A stretch of 64,000 nucleotides of DNA from Macrostomum hystrix (taxonomy: Eukaryota; Animalia; Platyhelminthes), in assembly GCA_950097015.1 (NCBI GenBank), contig CATNEN010000001.1, positions 9,300,001-9,364,000 of the forward strand, given 5' to 3'. Position 1 is the first letter of the stretch; every line of letters starts with the position of its first letter. The notes below the pieces were generated by a model, which was given only the letters and a program-made list of their open reading frames with translations, was not told the DNA's origin and made no database searches. The translations under genes were made by a program, and so were the position numbers. Positions 13,601 through 24,700 of this stretch are shown here, piece after piece.

Positions 13601-16600
13601 CTGCCAGTACCCTCGTAGCCGTTTACAGTGGAAGACAGAAAGCACAGATGGGGGCCCAGCATAGAGCGCACAGTGGCCAACGGTATGGCGGCGGCTTCGT
13701 CGATAACCAGCAGTTCAGCGGCATCAGGCTTGGATGTCGGCGAAGGTGGCACGTAGGCGATGCTGTAGCGATGCTGTTGAATCCTCAGGCAGATTCTAAT
13801 GATGCATTTGGCACTGTCCGGATCGGAGCTTTCAACCACAGTGAAATCTGTGTGCTGCTCCCAGCCCATCGCCTGTAGGCCTTTCACCGCGAACTGCATC
13901 AGCGTGGCTATGTTCTCCGGCCCCGGCGAGGTTACGTACACATTAGCAACGCCCTTAGCAACGGCTGCGGCGATGGCCAGGCCAAGGGCGGCGGATTTTC
14001 CGCGACCTCTGGAGGCTGTTAGGGCGGCAACGCGCATCTGCTGCTGCTGGGCGGTTGCTGCGGCAATTTTGAGGATGGGATATTTGGCAATGTCATGAGA
14101 ATGGGATAATTAGAATAATGGGACAAATTGGGTTAGCTCGATATTAATGATGATACATGTGAATGGAAAAATACATTACTACCTATATAAGCGACGGGAT
14201 AATGAGAATGGGATAATTCGTGACTCATAATGAGACTTGAGAATGGGATAATTCTTAACTCATAATGAGACGTGAGAATTGGATAATTCGTGACTCATAA
14301 TGAGACTGAGAATGGGATAATTCGCGACTCATAATGAGACATTAGAATGGGATAATTCGTGACTCATAATGAGACTGAGAATGGGATAATTCTTGACTCA
14401 AAATGAGACATTAGAATGGGATAATTCGTGACTCATAATGAGACGTGAGAATTGGATAATTCTTGACTCATAATGAGACTGAGAATGGGATAATTCGTGA
14501 CTCATAATGAGACTGAGAATGGGATAATTCGTGACTCATAATGAGACGTGAGAATTGGATAATTCTTGACTCATAATGAGACTGAGAATGGGATAATTCG
14601 TGACTCATAATGAGACTGAGAATGGGATAATTCGTGACTCATAATGAGACATTAGAATGGGATAATTCGTGACTCATAATGAGACATTAGAATGGGATAA
14701 TTCGTGACTCATAATGAGACATTAGAATGGGATAATTCGTGACTCATAATGAGACATTAGAATGGGATAATTCGCGACTCAAATTGAGACATTAGAATGG
14801 GATAATTCGTGACTCATAATGAGACTGAGAATGGGATAATTCGTGACTCATAATGAGACTGAGAATTGGATAATTCGTGACTCATAATGAGACTGAGAAT
14901 GGGATAATTCGTGACTCATAATGAGACTGAGAATGGGATAATTCGTGACTCATAATGAGACTGAGAATGGGATAATTCGTGACTCATAATGAGACATGAG
15001 AATTGGATAATTCGTGACTCATAATGAGACATTAGAATGGGATAATTCGCGACTCAAATTGAGACATTAGAATGGGATAATTCGCGACTCAAATTGAGAC
15101 ATTAGAATGGGATAATTCGTGACTCATAATGAGACTGAGAATGGGATAATTCGTGACTCATAATGAGACTGAGAATTGGATAATTCGTGACTCATAATGA
15201 GACTGAGAATGGGATAATTCGTGACTCATAATGAGACTGAGAATGGGATAATTCGTGACTCATAATGAGACTGAGAATGGGATAATTCGTGACTCATAAT
15301 GAGACATGAGAATTGGATAATTCGTGACTCATAATGAGACATTAGAATGGGATAATTCGCGACTCAAATTGAGACATTAGAATGGGATAATTCGCGACTC
15401 ATAATGAGACATTAGAATGGGATAGTTCGTGATTCATAATGAGACTGAGAATGGGATAATTCGTGACTCATAATGAGACTGAGAATGGGATAATTCGTGA
15501 CTCATAATGAGACATTAGAATGGGATAATTCGTGACTCATAATGAGACTGAGAATGGGATAATTCGTGACTCATAATGAGACTGAGAATTGGATAATTCG
15601 TGACTCATAATGAGACTGAGAATTGGATAATTCGTGACTCATAATGAGACTGAGAATGGGATAATTCGTGACTCATAATGAGACATGAGAATTGGATAAT
15701 TCGTGACTCATAATGAGACATTAGAATGGGATAATTCGCGACTCAAATTGAGACATTAGAATGGGATAATTCCTGACTCATAATGAGACTGAGAATGGGA
15801 TAATTCGTGACTCATAATGAGACTGAGAATGGGATAATTCGTGACTCATAATGAGACTGAGAATGGGATAATTCGTGACTCATAATGAGACTGAGAATGG
15901 GATAATTCGTGACTCATAATGAGACATGAGAATTGGATAATTCGTGACTCAAAGTGAGACATTAGAATGGGATAATTCGCGACTCAAATTGAGACATTAG
16001 AATGGGATAATTCGTGACTCAAATTGAGACATTAGAATGGGATAATTCGTGACTCATAATGAGACGTATATCAACTATATCAACTGCAGCAATCGACGAA
16101 GCAAACTCCAACACTCACCAGCAGATTTATTATAGTCGCTGAGTAAGTCTAGAAAAGCCATGAGTGCCCTGGCCTGGTCCAGGGTCCGACAGAGAGCTAC
16201 TAGCCTAGCGAATCGCTGGTCACTCTCCGGATCAGTTAGCATCGACTCTTGCAGCTCCTTCAGCTGGCGACCATTAGCCGATAGGCCATCCAGATTAGCA
16301 ACAGTTGACACGGGCTTAATGCCGGCTAGCGTGCTCTCGGACAGGGGTAGGACGTTGAATCGATCGTCTAGCACTAGGCAGCGACGACAGGTGGCCAAGG
16401 ACAGCAGGAAGCGTTCGTTGAACCGACCGACCACATCCTGATGAGATTCGGTGCGGTATCTGTGGGGAGAATATTGGATTATGGGATTCGATTTTCATCA
16501 GGAAGTTAAATTTAAATTTCATAAATAAGATCTTAAGAATCTCAAAAGACAAAGGTTAGACTTGCAAGAAAAGAGCAGTAGAAGATGAGGGAAATAATAG

Positions 16601-18476
16601 AGTGTATTTAGGGAAGACGATGGGAGATTAGAGGAAGATGAGGGGAAATTAGAGGAAGATGATGGGAGATTAGAAGAAGATGAGAGGAGATTAAAGGAAG
16701 ATCAGGGGATATTTTAGGAAGATCAGGGGAGATTAGAGGAAGATGAGGGGGGATTAGAGGAAGATGAGGGGGGATTAGAGGAAGATGAGGGGGGATTAGA
16801 GGAAGATGATGGGAGTTAGAGGAAGATTAGAGGAAGATGATGGGAGATTAGAGGAAGATGAGGGGAGATTAGAGGAAGATTAGAGGAAGATGAGGGGAGA
16901 TTAGAGGAATATTAGAGGAAGATGAGGGGATATTAGAGGAAGATTAGAGGAAGATGAGGGGAGATTAGAGGAATATTAGAGGAAGATGAGGGGAGATTAG
17001 AGGAATATTAGAGGAAGATGAGGGGAGATTAGAGGAAGATTAGAGGAAGATGATGGGAGATTAGAGGAAGATGAGGGGAGATTAGAGGAAGATGATGGGA
17101 GATTAGAGGAAAATGAGGGGAGATTAGAGGAAGATGATGTGAGATTAGAGGAAGATGATGGGAGATTAGAGGAAGATTATGGGAGATTAGAGGAAGATGA
17201 TATGAGATTAGAAGAATATGAGAGGAGATTAAAGGAAGATTATGGGAGATTAAAGGAAGATCGATGAGAGGAGATTAGAGGAAGATTATGGGAGATTAGA
17301 GGAAGATGAGGGGAGATTAGAACGATAATATCAAGGTGAGGGGATTTAAAGGGGATTTGATTACGGGACGTAAGGATCTAATCACAGGTGAGAAAGATAA
17401 AAAAACAGACCTGGCGTGCACATCCATAGCCATAGTGGAGAGCTGCCGCAGAGAGTCCATGCTATGCAGCAGTAGAACTACCAGGCCTCCGCCTTCCACA
17501 GTCTCAATAGTTCTAGCCAGGGTGTTGGGTGTCAGAGCTTCAAAGTCCTGCAGAACGCACGCGCCGAATGTGTTGCCAAGGATTTTGTGGGTCTCATTGT
17601 AGTAGCACCAGCGAATCTCGGTGGCGCAAACGAATAGCTCGAATGGATTATCTTCGTTGACATCGAGCTTGCCGGATTTCTGCTTCTTCCTGTCGGATTA
17701 TCGGAGTATTTGGAAATGACAGCGTCACGTGACGTTCCGTGTACTTTAAAGCTAACTTGCCCTATTCTTGAGTTAAGTGACACTCTCTGAACTGCTAGTC
17801 TTTGAATGTCATGTGATTAAATTCTACTCTCTGAAGGTCACGTGACCAACTGCCACTCCTTGAAGGCCACGCGACTAACTGCTAGTTCTTGAAGGTCACG
17901 TGACCAATTGCTAACTCCTTGAAGGTCACGTGACCAACTGCTCACTCCTTGAATGTCGCGTGACCAACTGCTACTCCTTCAAGGTCACGTGACCAACTGC
18001 TAATCTTTAAAGGGCACGTGACCAACTGCTACTTTTGAAAGTCACGTGACCAACTGTTACGCTTTGAAAGTCACGTGACAAACTGCTAAGCTTTGAAAGT
18101 CACGTGACAAACTGCTAAGCTTTGAAAGTCACGTGACCCCGACTATAAAGTCGCAAAAATTACGCTCTAACCATTAGGATACAAACCGTTAGAAGCATAA
18201 ATGTTTTCGTACTTAAGGTCACCCGAGTACTCACTGCAACTGTCTCATCAGCTTCTTTCGATGAGTAGAGAAGCCCAATTCTTTCTTGTAGCACCAAAGC
18301 ACCGATGGGCGAGCCTTGACCACAGCCTTGGACAGCAGGTGATGCAATATTGGCACCTGATCGCGACCCTTGTCGCCAACAATCACAAACAGGCTCCGAT
18401 GATGATCCCGAATGCCATTCTCAATTAGGGATTTGATGCGCGGATCGAGCTTCTTCCATTTAGTCTTTTTGTCCAT
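7629..18476 (-). CDS. NAT10: RNA cytidine acetyltransferase NAT10/Kre33, 9 coding exons
   Basis: Exons 18476-18235, 17689-17411, 16459-16119, 14057-13517, 12828-12498, 11320-10941, 10706-10274, 8687-8511, 8054-7629. Motifs: LIENG..HRSLFVIVGDKGRDQV, TIETVEGGG, Walker A ASRGRGKS, DEAAAIP, GYEGTGR, SHYKNSPNDLQMLSDAPAH, RVATHPDYQRMGYGS, and a basic C-terminal NLS-like tail. Confidence 0.97.
8140..8440. repeat. GA-rich ~20-bp repeat (GGGAGACAGGGAGAGAGAGT), NAT10 intron 8
   Basis: Direct tandem copies inside the intron 8055-8510. Confidence 0.9.
8790..10245. repeat. 40-bp minisatellite (TAGAATACACATCAGCTATGACCAATGGTAATGACCCATG), NAT10 intron 7
   Basis: About 36 copies with 40-nt period. Confidence 0.96.
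11460..12360. repeat. 18-bp minisatellite (GGGATAAATGGTATTATT), NAT10 intron 5
   Basis: About 50 copies; source of the YPNNTI, IPIIPF, YYWDKW and GINGII ORFs. Confidence 0.96.
13146..13370. repeat. 21-bp minisatellite (GGTCATTCCTTCCAGTCTATG), NAT10 intron 4, next to a reverse tRNA-like SINE head (~13405-13465)
   Basis: About 10 copies, followed by GATTTGAACC..GACCTT..CTCTAGCTAC (reverse-strand B/A-box-like). Confidence 0.88.
14200..16066. repeat. 34-36-bp minisatellite (GAGAATGGGATAATTCGTGACTCATAATGAGACT), NAT10 intron 3
   Basis: More than 50 copies; most carry TGACTCA and the CTCAT-A-ATGAG inverted repeat. Confidence 0.96.
16600..17320. repeat. Purine-rich ~21-bp repeat (GATTAGAGGAAGATGAGGGGA), NAT10 intron 2
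   Basis: Degenerate tandem copies. Confidence 0.92.
17830..18180 (-). repeat. ~29-bp GTCACGTGAC-containing minisatellite plus tRNA-like head, NAT10 intron 1
   Basis: About 10 copies of GAAGGTCACGTGACCAACTGCTACTCCTT, the reverse complement of the array at 23430-24010. TGGTTAGAGCG A-box-like sequence on the minus strand at ~18163-18173. Confidence 0.9.
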
Positions 18477-18589
18477 TGCTTTTTTGGCTTAGCTTCACTC
18501 TGTTAGTTAAAGACCTGCAAGAGGTAGAGATTAACGACATCTACAACTAACAACATAATGTTGTATATTATCAATGGCTAATCATGGAG

Positions 18590-20210
18590 TCTAAATTGTT
18601 TATAGCTAATCATGGAATCTAAATTGTCTATGGATAATCATGGAGTCTAAATTGTCTATGGATAATCATGGAGTCTAAATTGTCTGTGGCTAATCATGGA
18701 GTCTAAATTGTCTGTGGCTAATCATGGAGTCTAAATTGTCTATGGATAATCATGGAGTCTAAATTGTCTATGGATAATCATGGAGTCTAAATTGTCTGTG
18801 GCTAATCATGGAGTCTAAATTGTCTGTGGCTAATCATGGAGTCTAAATTGTCTGTGGCTAATCATGGAGTCTAAATTGTCTGTGGCTAATCATGGAGTCT
18901 AAATTGTCTATGGATAATCATGGAGTCTAAATTGTCTATGGATAATCATGGAGTCTAAATTGTCTGTGGCTAATCATGGAGTCTAAATTGTCTATGGCTA
19001 ATCATGGAGTCTAAACTGTCTATGGATAATCATGGAGTCTAAATTGTCTATGGCTAATCATGGAGTCTAAATTGTCTGTGGCTAATCATGGAGTCTAAAC
19101 TGTCTATGGATAATCATGGAGTCTAAATTGTCTATGGCTAATCATGGAGTCTAAATTGTCTGTGGCTAATCATGGAGTCTAAATTGTCTGTGGCTAATCA
19201 TGGAGTCTAAACTGTCTATGGATAATCATGGAATCTAAATTGTCTATGGATAATCATGGAGTCTAAATTGTCTATGGATAATCATGGAGTCTAAATTGTC
19301 TGTGGATAATCATGGAGTCTAAATTGTCTGTGGCTAATCATGGAGTCTAAATTGTCTGTGGCTAATCATGGAGTCTAAATTGTCTGTGGCTAATCATGGA
19401 GTCTAAATTGTCTATGGATAATCATGGAGTCTAAATTGTCTATGGATAATCATGGAGTCTAAATTGTCTGTGGCTAATCATGGAGTCTAAATTGTCTATG
19501 GATAATCATGGAGTCTAAATTGTCTATGGATAATCATGGAGTCTAAATTGTCTGTGGCTAATCATGGAGTCTAAATTGTCTGTGGCTAATCATGGAGTCT
19601 AAATTGTCTATGGATAATCATGGAGTCTAAATTGTCTATGGATAATCATGGAGTCTAAATTGTCTGTGGCTAATCATGGAGTCTAAATTGTCTGTGGCTA
19701 ATCATGGAGTCTAAATTGTCTGTGGCTAATCATGGAGTCTAAATTGTCTGTGGCTAATCATGGAGTCTAAACTGTCTATGGATAATCATGGAGTCTAAAT
19801 TGTCTATGGCTAATCATGGAGTCTAAATTGTCTATGGCTAATCATGGAGTCTAAATTGTCTGTGGCTAATCATGGAGTCTAAATTGTCTATGGATAATCA
19901 TGGAGTCTAAATTGTCTATGGCTAATCATGGAGTCTAAACTGTCTATGGCTAATCATGGAGTCTAAACTGTCTATGGATAATCATGGAGTCTAAATTGTC
20001 TATGGCTAATCATGGAGTCTAAATTGTCTATGGCTAATCATGGAGTCTAAATTGTCTGTGGCTAATCATGGAGTCTAAATTGTCTGTGGATAATCATGGA
20101 GTCTAAATTGTCTATGGATAATCATGGAGTCTAAATTGTCTATGGATAATCATGGAGTCTAAATTGTCTATGGCTAATCATGGAGTCTAAATTGCCTGTG
20201 GCTAATCATG
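18590..20210. repeat. 28-bp minisatellite (TAATCATGGAGTCTAAATTGTCTATGGA) upstream of the NAT10 start
   Basis: About 58 copies; lies just upstream of a minus-strand acceptor (CTCTTGCAG, ~18514) that is 38 nt before the ATG. Confidence 0.96.
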
Positions 20211-21199
20211 GGTTGTTCATTTTCTATATATCCCTATGGTTTGTCAATAACCTATGATTACCAGCCGGTTTTGTGTTAACACACATACTAAAACAAAAAT
20301 AAATAAAAAAACTGATTCCAGCAGTAAAAAAGTTGAAAATACTGATAAATAGTTTTCTAATCAAACAAACAACACTTGTGCGTTTAAATCGTCGCTTGTT
20401 ATTATCATTTGATATCCATATTTATTTGGCCAGTATAATTATCAGAAATTTAAAAACAAAAAAGCAACACAAACGAAAAACCAATAGAGCCTTTTTAAGT
20501 TCTGTTTAAACAAAACAATCAATAAGCAATTATGTCAGAATAATTAATAGGCATTGATACGTGACCATAAAATAAGATATCATTGAATAGGGTCAAATAA
20601 AACGATATTTTGCCTATTCTCTACAATTAATAAGCAAAGACGGTGCTAAAAATTGGATGTCTATTTAATTACATACAAGTAAATATAATTTTTTTGACGA
20701 TCAGAGGCTGTCAATCAGTCAATTGGCTAAACTAAGCACAGCCAAAAATAAAAAATAAATTTTCTACAATCATATCTTCGATAGACTACTGTCCCTTTGG
20801 GGCGAGAGTAGATAGCAAAGAATGAGAAAATAAAATACTAGTCACTAGAATTAGATTTTTTATATGTTTAAGTCGGCGCAAGCAGATTAAGCAAAAGAAG
20901 GCCTGTTTGTGGAAAATCTAAACTAGTCTATCTTGGAAGTGTGTTGCAGGACTGAGAATAAAAAAACTGAATTTTACTACTTAAAATAGAATCATTTATA
21001 GAACACACGTTGAATTATTCGATAAGGGATCAGTCAAAGAAAAATTTTCTTTTATATTTCATTGTGGTTCTGAAGAGAAGCATTTGGCAATTATTGAAAA
21101 ATAACTGACTATTGCAAAAAATGAATCATGTAATTTTAATTTTATAAAACTGAATCTTTAAACTTGAAACCTCTTGTTTTCTACGATCTTAAGGAAGGA

Positions 21200-21655
21200 T
21201 AATGACTAACTAAATGACTGGTCATAGTTAAGGTTGATGAGTAACTAAATGACCGGTCACAAACTCAATGGTCAATCGGAAGGTCAATGACTCACCAAGT
21301 TATCGGTCATAGGGAAGGTTGATGACTAATTAAATGACCGGTCATAGACAAGGTTGATAACTTACCAAATGACCGGTCATAAGGAAGGTTGATGACCAAC
21401 TAAATAAACGGTCATAGGGAAGATTGATGACCAACTAAATAACCGGTCATAGTGAAGGTTGATGACTAACCAAATGACCAGTCATAGTGAAGGTTGATGA
21501 CAAACTAAATAACCGGTCATAGGGAAGGTTGATGACTAACCAAATGACCGGTCAGAGGGAAGGTTGATGACTTACCAAATGACCGGTCATAGGGAAGGTT
21601 GATGACTAATTAAATGACCGGTCATAGTGAAGGTTGATAACAAACCAAACGACCA
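21200..21655. repeat. 35-bp minisatellite with the palindrome ATGACCGGTCAT, downstream of the EXOC6 stop
   Basis: About 12 degenerate copies of AAATGACCGGTCATAGGGAAGGTTGATGACTAATT. Confidence 0.9.
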
Positions 21656-21747
21656 ACTCAGTGACAATTTTCGTAAGTTTATAAAGAAAACAACTTCAGA
21701 CTTCTAGACATGACTCAGTCAGTTAGTTGCTAGGCTCAATAGAACTG

Positions 21748-24700
21748 TTAATGCGCCCCTCCGCCTGGCACAAGGGTGCGCAATTGTTTGAGCACAACTT
21801 CCGTCTCTTTCCTCTGCTTGCTGCGAATATTAGCCAGAAAGCTGCCCTTGCGGCGGTCAAATTCGCGAACTTTCTCCAACAGTTGAACAGCCTTGGACAC
21901 GGTCACTCTATCGTAGCGGGACCTCTGGCCCGTCTGGCACTCGCGCAAGAAGGTCTGCCAATCGCCGGACACAACCAGCCGCAACAGTTGGCTTAGCTCT
22001 TCGAATGCCATGCAGAGCGTCTCGGGTTCGAGTCCCGGTACGGGAGAATTTGTGGCGAAGTTTTTACAACAAGCAACATCGGCTGTTAGTTGCAATAGGA
22101 CAGAGTGACCGATGGACCGGACTTGGGGATCCATCACCAGGGCCAGTAGCTCCTCGTGAACATGCTTGCAGGAGATCAGACAGGCTGTTTGAGCCACCTG
22201 AGGTACCAAATTTCAGACTACGAGTAGGTTGGAAAATAGAATTCTAGAATTCCAAATCCCATATTCCCTAACTGAAAATTTGAGGAAGCCGAAATCACAC
22301 TTTTACTACCAAAATAGTCCCGAATACCAAATCAAACCGACCAGAGTAGCCCTAAATTCTACCTTACTTAATAGAATAGTCCTAAATCCCATATCACCTA
22401 CTAGAATAGTCCTAAATCCCATCTCACCTACTAGAATAGTCCTAAATCCCATCTCACCTACTGCAATAGTCCTAAATCCCATCTCACCTACTAGAATAGT
22501 CCTAAATCCCATCTCACCTACTAGAATAGTCCTAAATCCCATCTCACCTACTAGAATAGTCCTAAATCCCATCTCACCTACTGGAATAGTCCTAAATCCC
22601 ATCTCACCTACTGGAATAGTCCTAAATCCCATCTCACCTACTAGAATAGTCCTAAATCCCATCTCACCTACTAGAATAGTCCTAAATCCCATCTCACCTA
22701 CTGGAATAGTCCTAAATCCCATCTCACCTACTAGAATAGTCCTAAATCCCATCTCACCTACTAGAATAGTCCTAAATCCCATCTCACCTACTGGAATAGT
22801 CCTAAATCCCATCTCACCTACTGGAATAGTCCTAAATCCCATCTCACCTACTGGAATAGTCCTAAATCCCATCTGACCTACTGGAATAGTCCTAAATCCC
22901 ATCTCACCTACTGGAATAGCCCTAAATCCCATCTCACCTACTAGAATAGTCCTAAATCCCATCTCACCTACTGGAATAGTCCTAAATCCCATCTCACCTA
23001 CTGCAATAGTCCTAAATCCCATCTCACCTACCAGAAATAACTCAATTAAAAATAACAGTAAGCACTGGCTGACCTTAGGTGGCAAGTTGGTAAACGCTGT
23101 GAAAGTGGAGTGCAAGTAGGCCATCAGATCCGTGACCCAGGGAGAAGCTGGTGGCAGCTGCTGCTGCTGATTCGGTTGCGGAGCAGTTGAACTGCCCTGT
23201 GCAGCTTCATTAGGATCGAATTCCCAATCGTATTCGGCTAGGGAAATCATCTTGTTCACCTGAACGAGATGAACGGTGGTTTTAGATTAGTGGTTAGAGC
23301 GTCAGACTTACAAATAAAAAGGTCAGTGGTTCGATTCCCGACTTTATCGGAAAAGTTTTTGTCCTTTGGCAAGGCACTTTAATCTGCATTTTTCAGCTCA
23401 CCCAGCTGTTAAATGGGTACCAGCATTATGAAAGAGTAGCAGTTGTTCACGTGACCTTTAAAGAGTAGCAGTTGGTCACGTGACCTTTAAAGAGTAGCAG
23501 TTGGTCACGTGACATTCAAAGAGTAGCAGTTAATCACGTGACCTTTAAAAAGTAGCAGTTGGTCACGTGACCTTTAAAGAGTAGCAGTTGGTCACGTGAC
23601 ATTCAAAGAGTAGCAGTTGGTCACGTGACCTTTAAAGAGTAGCAGTTGTTCACGTGACCTTTAAAGAGTAGCAGTTAATCACGTGACCTTTAAAAAGTAG
23701 CAGTTGGTCACGTGACCTTTAAAGAGTAGCAGTTGGTCACGTGACATTCAAAGAGTAGCAGTTGGTCACGTGACCTTTAAAGAGTAGCAGTTGTTCACGT
23801 GACCTTTAAAGAGTAGCAGTTGGTCACGTGACCTTTAAAGAGTAGCAGTTAATCACGTGACCTTTAAAGAGTAGCAGTTGGTCACGTGACATTCAAAGAG
23901 TAGCAGTTGGTCACGTGACATTCAAAGAGTAGCAGTTGGTCACGTGACCTTTAAAGAGTAGCAGTTGGTCACGTGACATTCAAAGAGTAGCAGTTGGTCA
24001 CGTGACATTCAAAATTCGTATCAATTTCACTGGGCTATCATCTTTATTATGACTAATATGTTTTATATTAAAATAAAGACAGACCTGTTCTTTCATTTTC
24101 TCGTAGGCAAACGACTCGCACTCCGCTTGGCAATCTTTGAATACGGCTTTGCCGTGCAGTTTAACACCGCCGCTATCTAGGCATTGCATTGTGTAGGCTT
24201 CTAAACGATCGCAGACTTCTTCAAGGGCTTCGACATTGACGATCATCTGGATGAGCTCTGGTAGGTGCAATTCTCGCAGACGCTCTTTGAAGCAATCCCT
24301 AACAGTGTAAGCTAGAAGATCGTTGATAGCTTTGCTTAGGCTGTCCTCTAATTCCGCGCTAGAGGTGCCGCCAGCGTCAGCTAAGGCGCTGTCGTGAAAG
24401 CAGAGGCATTCGTCAACAAACTGGGCACAGGTGGAGTACAGTAGTGGCACCATCTGGCTGAAGCTGGTCCGCTTAGGATAGGGCAGCGAGTCGAATTCGG
24501 CCGAGCTGAACGGATAGAGATCGAGCACTTGGGCCTGGGGATGTTGTCCAGCGAGTAACAGACAATGTACATTTAGGTGTAGAAATTTAATAGAGATTTA
24601 TCGACCATGGATGTAAACTAGAGGGGTAGAGATTAATTGACTATGGATGCACACAAGAGGTAGAGAATTATTTACATTGAATTGTAATTTAAGGGGGTAG

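Noticed and set aside
23275-23350. tRNA gene (likewise 53180-53255 and 26385-26456)
   Set aside because: A and B boxes are present but I could not fold a cloverleaf, and each continues into a repeat body, so these are SINE heads.
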